Assembly: GCA_965215195.1 (NCBI GenBank) | Contig: CBDCDC010000002.1 | Coordinates: forward strand, 640,001-704,000 | Length of the DNA stretch: 64,000 nt | Source: Candidatus Latescibacterota bacterium | GTDB taxonomy: Bacteria > Latescibacterota > UBA2968 > UBA8231 | Reading direction: 5' to 3' | Part shown: in pieces, positions 28,085 to 37,985 of the stretch | Layout: each line of letters starts with the position of its first letter | How positions within the stretch are numbered: position 1 is the stretch's first letter | Notes under the pieces: generated by a model | The model's input: the letters and a program-made list of their open reading frames with translations, nothing else | Told to the model about the DNA's origin: nothing | Database searches by the model: none | Position numbers and translations under genes: made by a program

Positions 28085-28969
28085 ACCAATGGTGCTAGTG
28101 AGTTGACCGTGGTCGAGGTAGTTCCTACGCTGAGGGTGTCCCCCCTTCCAGCGAAGGAGCGTCCCATGACCACGGCCGAGTTTATAATAGCCCTCTTCTA
28201 TCGGATCGACAACCAGATGGGCGATGTGCCCAAACACCCCCAAGCCGCCTTATATCCCAGCGAAACGGTGACCCTGGCGGTTCTATATGCGCTCAAAGGG
28301 GACGGCAAACGGGCGTTTTATCGCTGGGTAGTGCGCGATTGGCGCGCCTTTTTCCCGCGCCTGCCCGAACGCACCCGCTTGTTCCGCCTGTTTGTCGCCC
28401 ATGCGGACTGGACCGATCGCTTTCGAGCGGACCCCACCCCCTTAGGCGTGATCGATAGCTATGGCATCGAGTTGATCCATCCAGTACGCGAAGGCCGCTC
28501 CGCTCACCCTATCGGCCAGAAAGGGTTGTCCAATCACCGCTGGATCGTCGGCGGCAAGCTGGGCTTGATCGTCAACCAGTGGGGCTTGATCGTCGATTGG
28601 GATTGTAACACGGCCAATGTCCACGATTCGGTCTTTCACCCGATGATTGGTCGCTACGAAGAGCAGATGATCCTCCTCAGCGACCAAGGCTTTCATGCCA
28701 AAGAAGGTGATCCGGCTAATCTGAAAGTGTGTCCCCGCAAAACCTGGGGCGACCGGATGGTCATCGAGACCGTCTTTTCGATGCTGACCCGCATTGGCCG
28801 GTTCAAGCGACAGACCCATCGAGCTTGGGCCTACTTTAGAGCGCATCTGAGCGCGGCCATGGCCGCCTTTAACCTGCTGGCACAGTGGCATGGATTGCAA
28901 CCGGATGAAAATGGATTCGTCCCGTTGTCCATCGCGGAATTTAGCTTGTAGCCCACTAGCACCATTGGT
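28085..28969 (+). mobile_element. IS982-like insertion sequence, 885 bp
   Basis: Perfect 16-bp TIR ACCAATGGTGCTAGTG (28085-28100 and 28954-28969); 5-bp target duplication TAGTA (28080-28084 and 28970-28974). Confidence 0.9.
28166..28951 (+). CDS. DDE transposase (IS982-like)
   Basis: FPRLPERTRLFR, VIDSYGI, ANVHD, SDQGF, RMVIETVFS; AAGGAG RBS before ATG 28166. Confidence 0.88.
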   Translation: MTTAEFIIALFYRIDNQMGDVPKHPQAALYPSETVTLAVLYALKGDGKRAFYRWVVRDWRAFFPRLPERTRLFRLFVAHADWTDRFRADPTPLGVIDSYGIELIHPVREGRSAHPIGQKGLSNHRWIVGGKLGLIVNQWGLIVDWDCNTANVHDSVFHPMIGRYEEQMILLSDQGFHAKEGDPANLKVCPRKTWGDRMVIETVFSMLTRIGRFKRQTHRAWAYFRAHLSAAMAAFNLLAQWHGLQPDENGFVPLSIAEFSL

Positions 28970-29679
28970 TAGTAGCAATGGTTGCCGGCGCATACACCAA
29001 CCCGCTGAGCACCAACAGGCTACTGAGCAAGTTGCCCCGCGCCGCCTCGGCCAGCGGCAGGGCTTGAGCCGCCTGCACACACTGACGCAGCCAATCCACC
29101 GACGCTTGCCCCGCTGGCTGCATCAACGGCGCAAACGGCAGCAGTCCCACAGGTCCCGACTCGAGGATGCGCTGGCCGTCTTGCTCGCTCAACCGCAGCA
29201 CTTGGTACTCAATCAGAATGCGGTGGCCGGAGCGATCTTGGAGATAGTGCCCCGGATCGCGCCGGCCGGCCTCCGGTCGCAGGTAGATCACGATGGCATA
29301 TACCGGCAGACCGTATTGCTCAATAAGCCGCCCGATGTAACCGGCCATCCGCTGCGGCATCGGCCGGTGCGTACTATCGATGGTTTGAAATTCCGTATGA
29401 ACCAATCCCTCTTCGCCGCCGATCCGCACGCTCAGGAGGCTGTCGGTTTGGCGCATCTCAACGGTGCGTTGCTCCGGGTCCATCACGTCGATGACTTCGA
29501 CGTCGTCGCGGCCGAGGGTGAAGCGGACGAAATCGTCGGGATAGTGTTGAATCAAGTATTTGGAGACAATATCAAATTCGGGCATCGGTATGGCCTTGGG
29601 TTAGGACCCGCTCTGTTGTCCCTTCGATAGGTAGTGTGCGGACTGAAGGCGGCTTGTCAACGGGCGGGGAGGCCACTGG

Positions 29680-30702
29680 TCACTCTTGTCCTTCCTTAAC
29701 GACCATGATCCTCTGCTTAACCTCGGCGATGCGCTCTTCATTCATGGCGACGGTGTGATTGTTCTCTGCGGAAAAACTGCCCTGCGGGTAGTAAGGCTGT
29801 CCGTACAGGGGGTACGCCTCGCTGCGCAGGTGAGCCAAGGTGTGGTGGCCGGTGCGCCGCTTGCGGATGTGCCGCAAGGCCCCGATATCGACTTCGGAGA
29901 CGACGATTTTTTCTCCTATTCCCGGATCGGCTTGGGCGAGGATGCGGCCGTCGAAATCGACCACCATGGAGCCGCCCGGCCAAGAAAAGGGGGGATAGTC
30001 CCTCAGCTCGGCTCCTTGGTTGGCGGCGAGCACATAGGCCGTATTTTCGAGGGCCCGACAGCGATTGACCGTCGTCCACCAATCCAGCGGCGGCGTCGCA
30101 CCCCAAGGGTCCATATAGGCCGAGACGCGAACGAGAATTTCGGCACCGCGGGCTGTGAGCTGGCGCAGGGGCTCGGGAAAGAGCCAGTCGTAGCAAATCG
30201 CCGCGCCAATGCAGCCGATGGGCGTCCGGGCCACCGGAAACAGTTCGTCCTCATAGTCGGCCAAGTCGTGGGGGCTGGTGTGGACTTCCCAAGGGATCCA
30301 AGGATTGACCTTGCGGTACTTGTACCACAGCCCCTCCGGCCCGAGCAGGCAGGTCGTGTTGAACACCTTGCCCGGCCACTGGGGATCCTCTTCGAGAAAG
30401 GTGGCCGTTTGGATGTACACGCCCAATTCGCGGGCCTTTTCCTCCAAGCGGGCCGTGTGCTCGTTGGGAATGGGAACGGTTAGTTTGGCCAGCAAGCTCT
30501 TGGCGGTGGGATAGATCGGGGCGGCATGGCCAAATTCGGGAAAGGCCAGCAACTTGACGTCCATAAACGGCCCGTAGCCTTCAACGGCCATTTCGACCAT
30601 TTCGACCATGCGAGCCGTGTTGCGGGCCATTTCAGAGCGGTCGGTGGGATTGGGTTGGGCAACCTGACAGGCGGCCACCCCGTAGCGCAGTTCATCCGCC
30701 AT
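29680..30702 (-). CDS. Nitrilase-related carbon-nitrogen hydrolase
   Basis: Catalytic triad motifs FPEF, YRK, ICYD. Confidence 0.9.
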   Translation of the reverse strand: MADELRYGVAACQVAQPNPTDRSEMARNTARMVEMVEMAVEGYGPFMDVKLLAFPEFGHAAPIYPTAKSLLAKLTVPIPNEHTARLEEKARELGVYIQTATFLEEDPQWPGKVFNTTCLLGPEGLWYKYRKVNPWIPWEVHTSPHDLADYEDELFPVARTPIGCIGAAICYDWLFPEPLRQLTARGAEILVRVSAYMDPWGATPPLDWWTTVNRCRALENTAYVLAANQGAELRDYPPFSWPGGSMVVDFDGRILAQADPGIGEKIVVSEVDIGALRHIRKRRTGHHTLAHLRSEAYPLYGQPYYPQGSFSAENNHTVAMNEERIAEVKQRIMVVKEGQE

Positions 30703-31792
30703 GGGTTTTTCTCTTCGTCTTCCACACTTTGGGCGTTCCGCGCCGCTGTTCGATCAACTCGGCGACAACGCTGACCGCGATTTCAGCCGGCGTGTCCGCC
30801 CCGATGTTGGCCCCGATCGGCGCAAAGACGGCGTCCAAGCACTGTGGGTCCCCACCGCGCTCGGCGATCCGCCGCCACAAAATGAGCTTCTTGCGCTCGC
30901 TGCCCAGCATTCCGATGTAGCACGCCGGCGTCTTGATCGCCGCTTCGACGACGATTTCATCGTGCTGGTGGCCGCGCGTGGCCGCGACGATGTAGGACTG
31001 GTCGTCGATGGGCAACTGGGCGAATACCCCCTCCATGCCGGCGACTAAGCACTCGTCGGCCTGGGGATGCCGCGTGGGATTGGCAAAGACCGGGCGGTCG
31101 TCAATGAGGACGACGCGGAAGCCCACGTTTTTGGCCAGCGCACAAATCTGCCCGCCTACGTGGCCTCCACCGAAGATGTAGAGCACAGGTTCGGGCAAGA
31201 ACGGCTCGATAAATACTTCCGCGGCCTCGCCCAGCTCGGCACTTGGGTCCAGCGCACAGACAAGGCCGCGCGCGCGCACGAGCACCTCAGGTAAGCACTC
31301 CTCCACCTGGCGATCGGCTGCGGACGTGCCCAGCGAGCCGCAGGTGCGGCCGTCGGCCCCTAACCACAGCCGCCCTTCCCCGGTGGGGTCAAAACGGCGC
31401 TTGAGCAGAGTCGCCAGCGCACAACCAGTGCGTACCTGACGCGCTGCTAGTACGCGGCCATAGAAGTCGGCTGCCTCGTCCGGCTCGATAACTTCGGTGT
31501 AAATCCGCACACTGCCGCCGCAATTTAAGCCGCTTTCTCCGGCTTGCTTTTCCGTCATGGTGTAGCGCAGGAGTTGGTTTTCGCCGGTCTCGAGCGCAGT
31601 GCGGCCAGCGCTCAAGACCTCGGCTTCGAGGCATCCGCCGCCTATAGTCCCGACCACGTCCCCTTGCTCGGCGACGATCATTTTGGCCCGCTCGCTCATG
31701 GGAATTGAGCCGCTGCTCCACACCAGCGAGGCCAAGGCCATTCGCTCGCCCTGCCCCTTGCGCCGAACAATTTCAGTGAGAATGTCGTCCAT
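30692..31792 (-). CDS. xdhC: XdhC/CoxI family molybdoenzyme maturation factor
   Basis: GTIGGGCLE, CGG, FGGGHVG, TRGHQHD, YIGMLGS, APIG...TPAEIAVS. Confidence 0.92.
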   Translation of the reverse strand: MDDILTEIVRRKGQGERMALASLVWSSGSIPMSERAKMIVAEQGDVVGTIGGGCLEAEVLSAGRTALETGENQLLRYTMTEKQAGESGLNCGGSVRIYTEVIEPDEAADFYGRVLAARQVRTGCALATLLKRRFDPTGEGRLWLGADGRTCGSLGTSAADRQVEECLPEVLVRARGLVCALDPSAELGEAAEVFIEPFLPEPVLYIFGGGHVGGQICALAKNVGFRVVLIDDRPVFANPTRHPQADECLVAGMEGVFAQLPIDDQSYIVAATRGHQHDEIVVEAAIKTPACYIGMLGSERKKLILWRRIAERGGDPQCLDAVFAPIGANIGADTPAEIAVSVVAELIEQRRGTPKVWKTKRKTHGG

Positions 31793-31795
31793 AAT

Positions 31796-32401
31796 TTACT
31801 TTGGCCAGTGGGCCAACTCGCGCTGGTAATCGGCTGGCGTGTCCATGTCGGTCAGAATGGCGGCCTCTGCCACAGGCAACTCGCACGTATCCTCGGGATG
31901 GCCCCGGGTCACCGCGTTCAATCCCACGTCCAGCGGCAAGGCCAAAATTTCCGCCCGGTAGGCGTTGCGAATCAATACGGGATGACCCCTTTTTCCGTTG
32001 GCAATGGGTATGATGATACCTGCGCTGCTCTGGTTTCTCGCCTGCAAAACCTGCTCTACTACGGCGCCGCTCAGCCGCGGTTGGTCGCCTAGGCAAATCA
32101 AGTAATCGGCGGCTCTATCCACCGCTCGCAGCCCGCATTGTACAGAGGAGAGCATACCCGTTTGATAGCCGGCATTGACAACCCAACGGACCGGATAAGC
32201 GGCCAATACCGGGGCGATGTCTGTAGCGCGGTGGCCGAGCACCACCACCGTCTGGTCCAATCGCCGCCCCACGACCTCGGCGATCCATTCGATGGCCGCC
32301 CGACCCCCCAAAGGCAATAGCTGCTTGAGCTGCCCCATGCGGGTGGACATGCCCGCCGCCAAAATGATGCCGGCCACCCGGCCCGTCTCATCTGTTCGCA
32401 T
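31796..32401 (-). CDS. mocA: Molybdenum cofactor cytidylyltransferase-like nucleotidyltransferase
   Basis: ILAAGMSTRMGQLKQLL, LGDQP, GHPV, DMDTPADY; adjacent to xdhC. Confidence 0.85.
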   Translation of the reverse strand: MRTDETGRVAGIILAAGMSTRMGQLKQLLPLGGRAAIEWIAEVVGRRLDQTVVVLGHRATDIAPVLAAYPVRWVVNAGYQTGMLSSVQCGLRAVDRAADYLICLGDQPRLSGAVVEQVLQARNQSSAGIIIPIANGKRGHPVLIRNAYRAEILALPLDVGLNAVTRGHPEDTCELPVAEAAILTDMDTPADYQRELAHWPK

Positions 32402-32440
32402 CTACTTCAATCTACGTCCACAGGCGAATCGCGCCAATGC

Positions 32441-33688
32441 TCACGACCCCAACCGGCGACCAGCGAGAACGCCACTGGCCCAAGCCCATTGGAAGTTAAA
32501 TCCGCCCAAGTCGGCGTGAATATCAACCATCTCACCGGCAAAATACAGGCCGGGCACCAAAAAGGATTCGAGCGTATCGGGATTGATGTCCTCGGTGCAT
32601 ACGCCCCCGATCGTCACTTCGGCGTAGTCAAAGGGCCTCGGGCCGCTGACCGCGATCGGCCAATTCGTCAGGCACTGGGCGAGCTGCCAGCGCACACCCT
32701 TGCCGAGTTGATCGACCCGCTGCGCCGCGTCAAACCCCAAATGATCCAACAGGGGCCGCACCAATTTACTGGAAAGCAGGCCGGCGAAACTCAGCGCTAG
32801 CGAGCGATGGGGATGGCGCTGCCAGCGCTCTTTGAGCAATTGGCTGATTGCTTCCGGGCTGCGGCCGGGGAAGAAATTGACCCGCAGCACGGCGCGCTTT
32901 GCCCCCAATTCGGGAACCAAGCGAGCGCTGAGGTTTAATATGGCAAACCCGGAGACCCCGTACTTCGTAAAGAGCAAGTCGTCTGTATCAACGGCCTCGC
33001 GCCCCCCTTTGAGCGCGACGCGCACCTCGGCTCGGACCTTAAGCCCCTGCACGCGGGCGACGTATTTTTCCGGGCTAATTAGCGGCACCAACCCGGGCTT
33101 GAGCTCGGTGAGCTGGTGCCCCATGGCCACGGCCAAGTCCATACCCGAGCGATCGGCCCCCAAGCGGGCGAGGCTGACGCCGCCGCTGGCCAATATCACG
33201 CGCGCTGCGGTGTAGCACTGCCCCGCGGCACCGCGCAACTCAAAGCGAGACGAGTTAGGGGCGCGGCCCATGTCCACCACCTTGGCATTGGTTTCGACGC
33301 GGACGCCTAGGCAGCGCATGCGGTCCGCGAGCAAATCGACGACCGCCTGCGCTTGATCCGACACTGGAAAGAGGCGCTGCCGTTTTTCTTCGCGGAACTC
33401 AATTCCTAGATCGGCAAAAAACGCCAAAGTTTCCTCTAAGCGGAATTGGTCGAGCGCGCTGCGGACAAAGCGCGGATGCGTACCGTGGTAGTGCCTGAGA
33501 TCGTCCGCCGCCCTATTCGTCAGATTGCAGCGTCCATTGCCTGAAATCAAGATCTTCCGCCCCAATTTTCCGCTGCCTTCAAGCAGGGTCACCTGCTCGC
33601 CCGCCTCCGCGGCGACAATCGCCGCTAACATCCCAGCGGCTCCCCCTCCGACCACTATGCAATCTCTTGATTTCAAGCCGATTTCCAC
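32441..33688 (-). CDS. HI0933/BaiN family flavoprotein
   Basis: GGGAAG, GRKILISGNGRCNLTN, VTIGGV, GLYFAGE, GGFNFQWAWASG. Confidence 0.93.
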   Translation of the reverse strand: MEIGLKSRDCIVVGGGAAGMLAAIVAAEAGEQVTLLEGSGKLGRKILISGNGRCNLTNRAADDLRHYHGTHPRFVRSALDQFRLEETLAFFADLGIEFREEKRQRLFPVSDQAQAVVDLLADRMRCLGVRVETNAKVVDMGRAPNSSRFELRGAAGQCYTAARVILASGGVSLARLGADRSGMDLAVAMGHQLTELKPGLVPLISPEKYVARVQGLKVRAEVRVALKGGREAVDTDDLLFTKYGVSGFAILNLSARLVPELGAKRAVLRVNFFPGRSPEAISQLLKERWQRHPHRSLALSFAGLLSSKLVRPLLDHLGFDAAQRVDQLGKGVRWQLAQCLTNWPIAVSGPRPFDYAEVTIGGVCTEDINPDTLESFLVPGLYFAGEMVDIHADLGGFNFQWAWASGVLAGRRLGS

Positions 33689-33760
33689 ATGACTAAAGTT
33701 ATTATAAAAACAATGAGATAGAACGGTTTTATTTCCCCGGTCAAACCAAGCGTCTTTAGC

Positions 33761-33789
33761 TTGACATGACCTCGTTTATTCTCTATGTT
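33761..33789 (+). promoter_or_regulatory. Sigma-70-type promoter
   Basis: TTGACA (33761-33766), 17-bp spacer, TATGTT (33784-33789), 45 bp upstream of ATG 33835. Confidence 0.6.
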
Positions 33790-33834
33790 GTCTAACTTTG
33801 GTAAATATAAAAACGCGCTGAGTCAGGATATTCC

Positions 33835-36156
33835 ATGGCAGACCTCACAGGAGCGGCGACGGACGAGCAACCGCTCGCGTCCACTAGCCAAAGCCAACCT
33901 CCGATTTTTCCCGCGCTCCACGAAGAAGTCGAAACCTCAATCTGCAAAGAGGGTATTTCCTTTGTCTTTGAAATCCGCTCTGTCTCGGCCGTCGTCCAAT
34001 TTATCTACACGCCCATTGATGGAACCTTCGCCGATATCGAGGTAGAAGTCAACAATGGCGACCCGATCAAACCGGCCGAAGATGGCGGGATTGCCGTGGA
34101 AATGGGCGGCTCAGTCTGGCCGGCTAACAGCGAAGAAGTAGAGCGGCACTTCATCTCCTGCGAGCAAGTCGGCGATTGCGTCGAAGCCCGCTGGCAGTGG
34201 AAGTTAGGCGAAGAACAAGCCAACTTCCTCTACCGGTTCCGCATCCGCGGCAAGTCCCTCGTCGTGGAAATTGAGGGCGGGCATGGCAAGGGAACCGGCC
34301 TCTCGCTCGGCCGAGTCACCGGGGCCTTGCATCCGCGCCTGATCACCATCCCTTATTTCAACTTCGGCGACAACTATCCGCGCATCCTCTGCACGTCAGG
34401 CTACTTCTTGTCTAGCTTCGTGGATTGGCACTATTCGCGAGCTTCCAGCCTGTACGCCCCGCCCGAAGCAGAGTCTCAGCGCCTCGTCCAACTCAACGGC
34501 GGCTGTAGCTACGCCAGCCAAGGCGACGGCAAGCGCAGCGATTTTCAGGAGCGCTGGCTCATAACGGTCTCCACCCAATACGAAGAAGTCCTCCCGTCCT
34601 TTTCCACGGTTGAGGTTGAGCGAAGCGAAACGCTAGCCGATTGGGTCTGGTACAACATCCCCTATATCGACGCCTCCCAAGAAAGCTACGTCGAGCTGTA
34701 CGAGAACATGCGCCAACTCAAGCTAATGGGCGTCGATCACCTGCTGCTCAATCACCCCAGCGAGACTTGGCACGATGGCGACGGCGACGCTGCGCTCGTG
34801 GTGGAAGGAGCCGAGGGTAAAGGCGGCGAAGATGCCCTCGGCGAGTACCTCGAGGCCCTGTCCGATCTGGGCTATAAAACCAGCCTCCAAGTCAACTACC
34901 GCCACATCGCCCCTACCAGCCCCTATTGGCGGCCCGAACTGGCGGCCCAGCTCGCCGATGGTGCCCCGACTCCGACCGGACCGGGGCTCTATTTGCTCAA
35001 GCCATCCGAGGCACTGGTACGCGCCCCCGAACACGCAAGTACCATCCTCGACAAATACCCCTGCGACGCGCTATACGTAAGTGAACACGCCGAGGTGCCG
35101 CATTGGGAATTCAACGACTTAGGCGACGCGTCAGCAACCGGCCACTTGGCGAGCAGCTATGCCCTGCAACAGAGCGTCCTCCGCTCCCAAGCCCAAGCCG
35201 GCTTGGCCATTGGCAGCGGCGGCAACCACTGGCTCTACGCTGGCGTCCTGACCGGCTATCTCGCCCGCATGGTCGGAGCCGACCCCAGCCGCATCCCACC
35301 GCTGGTGGATTTCGACCTGCAAAATCTCCATACCGTTGAGACCGATGCGGGTATAGGGACCATCGACCAGTACTTTGCTGGGCACATCCCCCAAGGCGAG
35401 AAACACAGCCGCAGTGCCTATCTCGACCGCTATCTCGCCGCTACCGCGGCCTTTGGCCACGCCTGTCTGCTCCCCGACCAGCTAGAGTGGGGCATCGCTT
35501 CTATAGCCAAGTCCTATTACATGCTGCGCGAACTGCAAAAGCACTATCTCCGCGTCCCGGTGCGCTCCATCGCCTACTGCCACAACGACCAGTTTCTGGA
35601 GACCAACGACGCGTTGCTTTCCGGTGCATTTGCCCAAGGACAGGTGCGGGTGACGTACGACAATGGCCTCGAAGTCTATGCCAACCTCGGCTGGGACCAG
35701 CCTTGGACCGTCCACCGGAATGATGCGGCCTACCACCTTCCCCCAGGCTCGTTTTGCGCCTATAAGGACTCATCCCTGCTGGTCTATTCGGCCGACGCCG
35801 GCGCGGGCCGCATAGACTACGCCTCTTGCGAGGACTATTTGTTCGTCGATACCCGAGGGCAACGGGGACAATTTGGCCCGGTCGAGCTCGACGGTGCCGC
35901 CGCCCTTAAAGAGCGCAAATGGGAAATCGACGTAGTGCCCTTTGGGTGCCAAGCCGATATAGTGATCGACGTAGGCCAGTTCTGGCCAGACCGCAAACTG
36001 CCCCCGTTGCGCCTTTTGGCCTTTAAGGACGAGGACGAGGCACCCGACATCTACCGCGCCGACATGGAAGGGGACCGCGTCCGCTTCAAGCCGCTGGAGG
36101 ACGTAGTCACCTATCGCATCGCCCTGCCCGAGTGGATGGTCGAACCCGGTCGCTAG
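33835..36156 (+). CDS. Large acidic hypothetical protein, probable glycoside-hydrolase-like fold
   Basis: 773-aa ORF with promoter and RBS; beta-rich N- and C-termini around an alpha/beta core (PLVDFDL, NHWLYAG); no signal peptide. Fold is inferred. Confidence 0.55.
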   Translation: MADLTGAATDEQPLASTSQSQPPIFPALHEEVETSICKEGISFVFEIRSVSAVVQFIYTPIDGTFADIEVEVNNGDPIKPAEDGGIAVEMGGSVWPANSEEVERHFISCEQVGDCVEARWQWKLGEEQANFLYRFRIRGKSLVVEIEGGHGKGTGLSLGRVTGALHPRLITIPYFNFGDNYPRILCTSGYFLSSFVDWHYSRASSLYAPPEAESQRLVQLNGGCSYASQGDGKRSDFQERWLITVSTQYEEVLPSFSTVEVERSETLADWVWYNIPYIDASQESYVELYENMRQLKLMGVDHLLLNHPSETWHDGDGDAALVVEGAEGKGGEDALGEYLEALSDLGYKTSLQVNYRHIAPTSPYWRPELAAQLADGAPTPTGPGLYLLKPSEALVRAPEHASTILDKYPCDALYVSEHAEVPHWEFNDLGDASATGHLASSYALQQSVLRSQAQAGLAIGSGGNHWLYAGVLTGYLARMVGADPSRIPPLVDFDLQNLHTVETDAGIGTIDQYFAGHIPQGEKHSRSAYLDRYLAATAAFGHACLLPDQLEWGIASIAKSYYMLRELQKHYLRVPVRSIAYCHNDQFLETNDALLSGAFAQGQVRVTYDNGLEVYANLGWDQPWTVHRNDAAYHLPPGSFCAYKDSSLLVYSADAGAGRIDYASCEDYLFVDTRGQRGQFGPVELDGAAALKERKWEIDVVPFGCQADIVIDVGQFWPDRKLPPLRLLAFKDEDEAPDIYRADMEGDRVRFKPLEDVVTYRIALPEWMVEPGR

Positions 36157-36160
36157 CGCT

Positions 36161-37192
36161 TTGTCCGATCCGTCCGCCCCCTTTCTCCAAGCCTGTCGGG
36201 GCCAAGTGCCAGCGACTCCTCCCATCTGGATCATGCGCCAAGCTGGCCGCATCCTCAAGCCGTACCGCGATCTGCGCCAGCGGCACGGCTCCCTACTCAA
36301 ACTTTTCAAAACTCCCGAGCTCGCCGCTGAAATTACCCTCATGCCGGTCGATCTGCTCGGGGTTGATGCGGCCATTCTCTTTACCGATCTGGTGACGCCC
36401 TTAGAGGCACTCGGCTGCGAGCTGACCTACGCGCCTGGCCCGGTTTTGGCCCGCCCAATCCGCTCCCCGGCCGACATCAACGGCCTCCGCAACCCCGTCC
36501 CGGAGGACGACCTCGCCTACGTCTTAGAAGCCGCACGGCTAGCGCACAACGCCCTGCCGCCAGCCATCCCGCTCATCGGGTATGCCGGCGGGCCTTTTAC
36601 CTTGGCCACTTGGCTAGTGGAAGGGGGCCACGCCAAGGACTTTCCGGCCTTTCGCCGCATGATCCACAGCAACCCCGCCCTCGCCCACCGGCTACTCGAC
36701 CTGCTCAGCGACCTCAGCGGCCGCTTCTTGCGCGCCCAGATCGAGGCCGGGGCCCAAGCCGTCCAGATATTCGACACTTCCATTGGCTTGTTGTCTCCGG
36801 CGCAATTCAACGAATTCGCCCTGCCCTATGTGCAGCGGGTTTGCCGCAGCCTCGCACCGCTGAATGCCCCGGTCATTTACTTTCCGCTCGCCGGGGCGCA
36901 AAACCTGTCCTGCTTTGGCCGCGTCGGTGCCCACGTCCTGAGCCTCGATTGGCGGATCGACTTAGATGCAGCTTACGGATTGTTCGGGGATACCATGCCT
37001 TTACAGGGCAATCTAGATCCCTGCGCCCTCTACGGCTCGGAGGCGAGCATTGCCGGGGCTGCCCAGCGCATTCTAGAGCAGGGCCGGGGCCGCCCTCACA
37101 TCTTCAACTTGGGGCACGGCGTCTATCCAGACACGCCTTGTGAAAAGGTCAAATTGCTAGTGGATGCGGTGCATCAGTTCGCGCAAACTTGA
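36161..37192 (+). CDS. hemE: Uroporphyrinogen decarboxylase
   Basis: PIWIMRQAGR, DAAILFTD, QIFD, LQGNLDP, HIFNLGHG. Confidence 0.95.
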   Translation: MSDPSAPFLQACRGQVPATPPIWIMRQAGRILKPYRDLRQRHGSLLKLFKTPELAAEITLMPVDLLGVDAAILFTDLVTPLEALGCELTYAPGPVLARPIRSPADINGLRNPVPEDDLAYVLEAARLAHNALPPAIPLIGYAGGPFTLATWLVEGGHAKDFPAFRRMIHSNPALAHRLLDLLSDLSGRFLRAQIEAGAQAVQIFDTSIGLLSPAQFNEFALPYVQRVCRSLAPLNAPVIYFPLAGAQNLSCFGRVGAHVLSLDWRIDLDAAYGLFGDTMPLQGNLDPCALYGSEASIAGAAQRILEQGRGRPHIFNLGHGVYPDTPCEKVKLLVDAVHQFAQT

Positions 37193-37204
37193 GGGGGGCA
37201 GCCG

Positions 37205-37441
37205 ATGGAAAGCACAAAAAGCACAGAAAAAGGCATGACGCGACGGCACACCTTTTTCTGTATTAACAAAGACCGGCATACCGCTTCGTCCAAGGTCATC
37301 AACGCCCAGCGCAAGGAGATTAGCGTCTTCGGCCAGCGGGTGCGCGGCTGGATCGTGACCACCGAAGAGCCGGTCATCGACAAGGACATCTCCCTCGACG
37401 AATCAACCCAAGGAGCAATGCCCCACCGCGACCCGGAATGA
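37205..37441 (+). CDS. Small hypothetical protein
   Basis: ATG 12 bp after the hemE stop with GAGGGGG RBS; fills the gap to the convergent gene. Confidence 0.5.
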   Translation: MESTKSTEKGMTRRHTFFCINKDRHTASSKVINAQRKEISVFGQRVRGWIVTTEEPVIDKDISLDESTQGAMPHRDPE

Positions 37442-37453
37442 GGGCCCCAGTAC

Positions 37454-37936
37454 TTAGCGCACCCAAGAGAATTTGTTTTCCAACCAAGTGCCTATTTCTC
37501 GCGGCGGGTCGTTCCACTTCTCGCCTGGGCCGAGAAATTGCCCGCGGACATCCTCGCTGGTATCAAAGCCCGACCACAAGTCCGGGAACTCGTCGTGGAT
37601 CAAGGCCTCTACTTGGTCGCTTATGCCCTGCGCGTGGTAGGAAATAACCTCGTCGGCTTCGCTCTTGCCCAGTTCTTCAGTCAGATGTGCGGCCATCCCG
37701 CTACTGGCGACAAAGGTAAATTCAATGGCCGAGTCTTCGGTCAGCTTTAGGTCGATGCGGTAGGCCGGATAGCTCAGTTTTAACCCCAATACAGATAGCT
37801 GCAACTGCAACCACTCGGCTTCAGTGACCTCGCGCGTGCTATTCAGGGTGCTCCAGTGCAATTCAGCCCGAACCCCTAGGGGACTTAACAGGACCAACGC
37901 GAGGAGCGAACATATCGCCGTGCGGCTCAATGGCAT
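37454..37936 (-). CDS. Secreted hypothetical protein
   Basis: ATG 37936 after AAGGCGG; signal peptide MPLSRTAICSLLALVLLSPLGVRA. Confidence 0.6.
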   Translation of the reverse strand: MPLSRTAICSLLALVLLSPLGVRAELHWSTLNSTREVTEAEWLQLQLSVLGLKLSYPAYRIDLKLTEDSAIEFTFVASSGMAAHLTEELGKSEADEVISYHAQGISDQVEALIHDEFPDLWSGFDTSEDVRGQFLGPGEKWNDPPREIGTWLENKFSWVR

Positions 37937-37985
37937 TGCACAACCGCCTTTCAAGAAACTGGAGCTAGCCCAGCGACCAACTCCC

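Larger units (their letters stand above)
27760..29585 (-). pseudogene. Rpn/PD-(D/E)XK-like putative nuclease gene interrupted by an IS
   Basis: Removing the IS and one TAGTA copy restores a 936-bp frame (311 aa): ...APATIAT-ILSQEGIMDL...; TDSL/HTEFQ motif and GIEQ repeats. Confidence 0.85.

Noticed and set aside
28956-29585. Separate 209-aa and 137-aa (27760-28173) genes
   Set aside because: They are two halves of one IS-interrupted gene; the NQWC end and the MVMGRS start come from IS sequence
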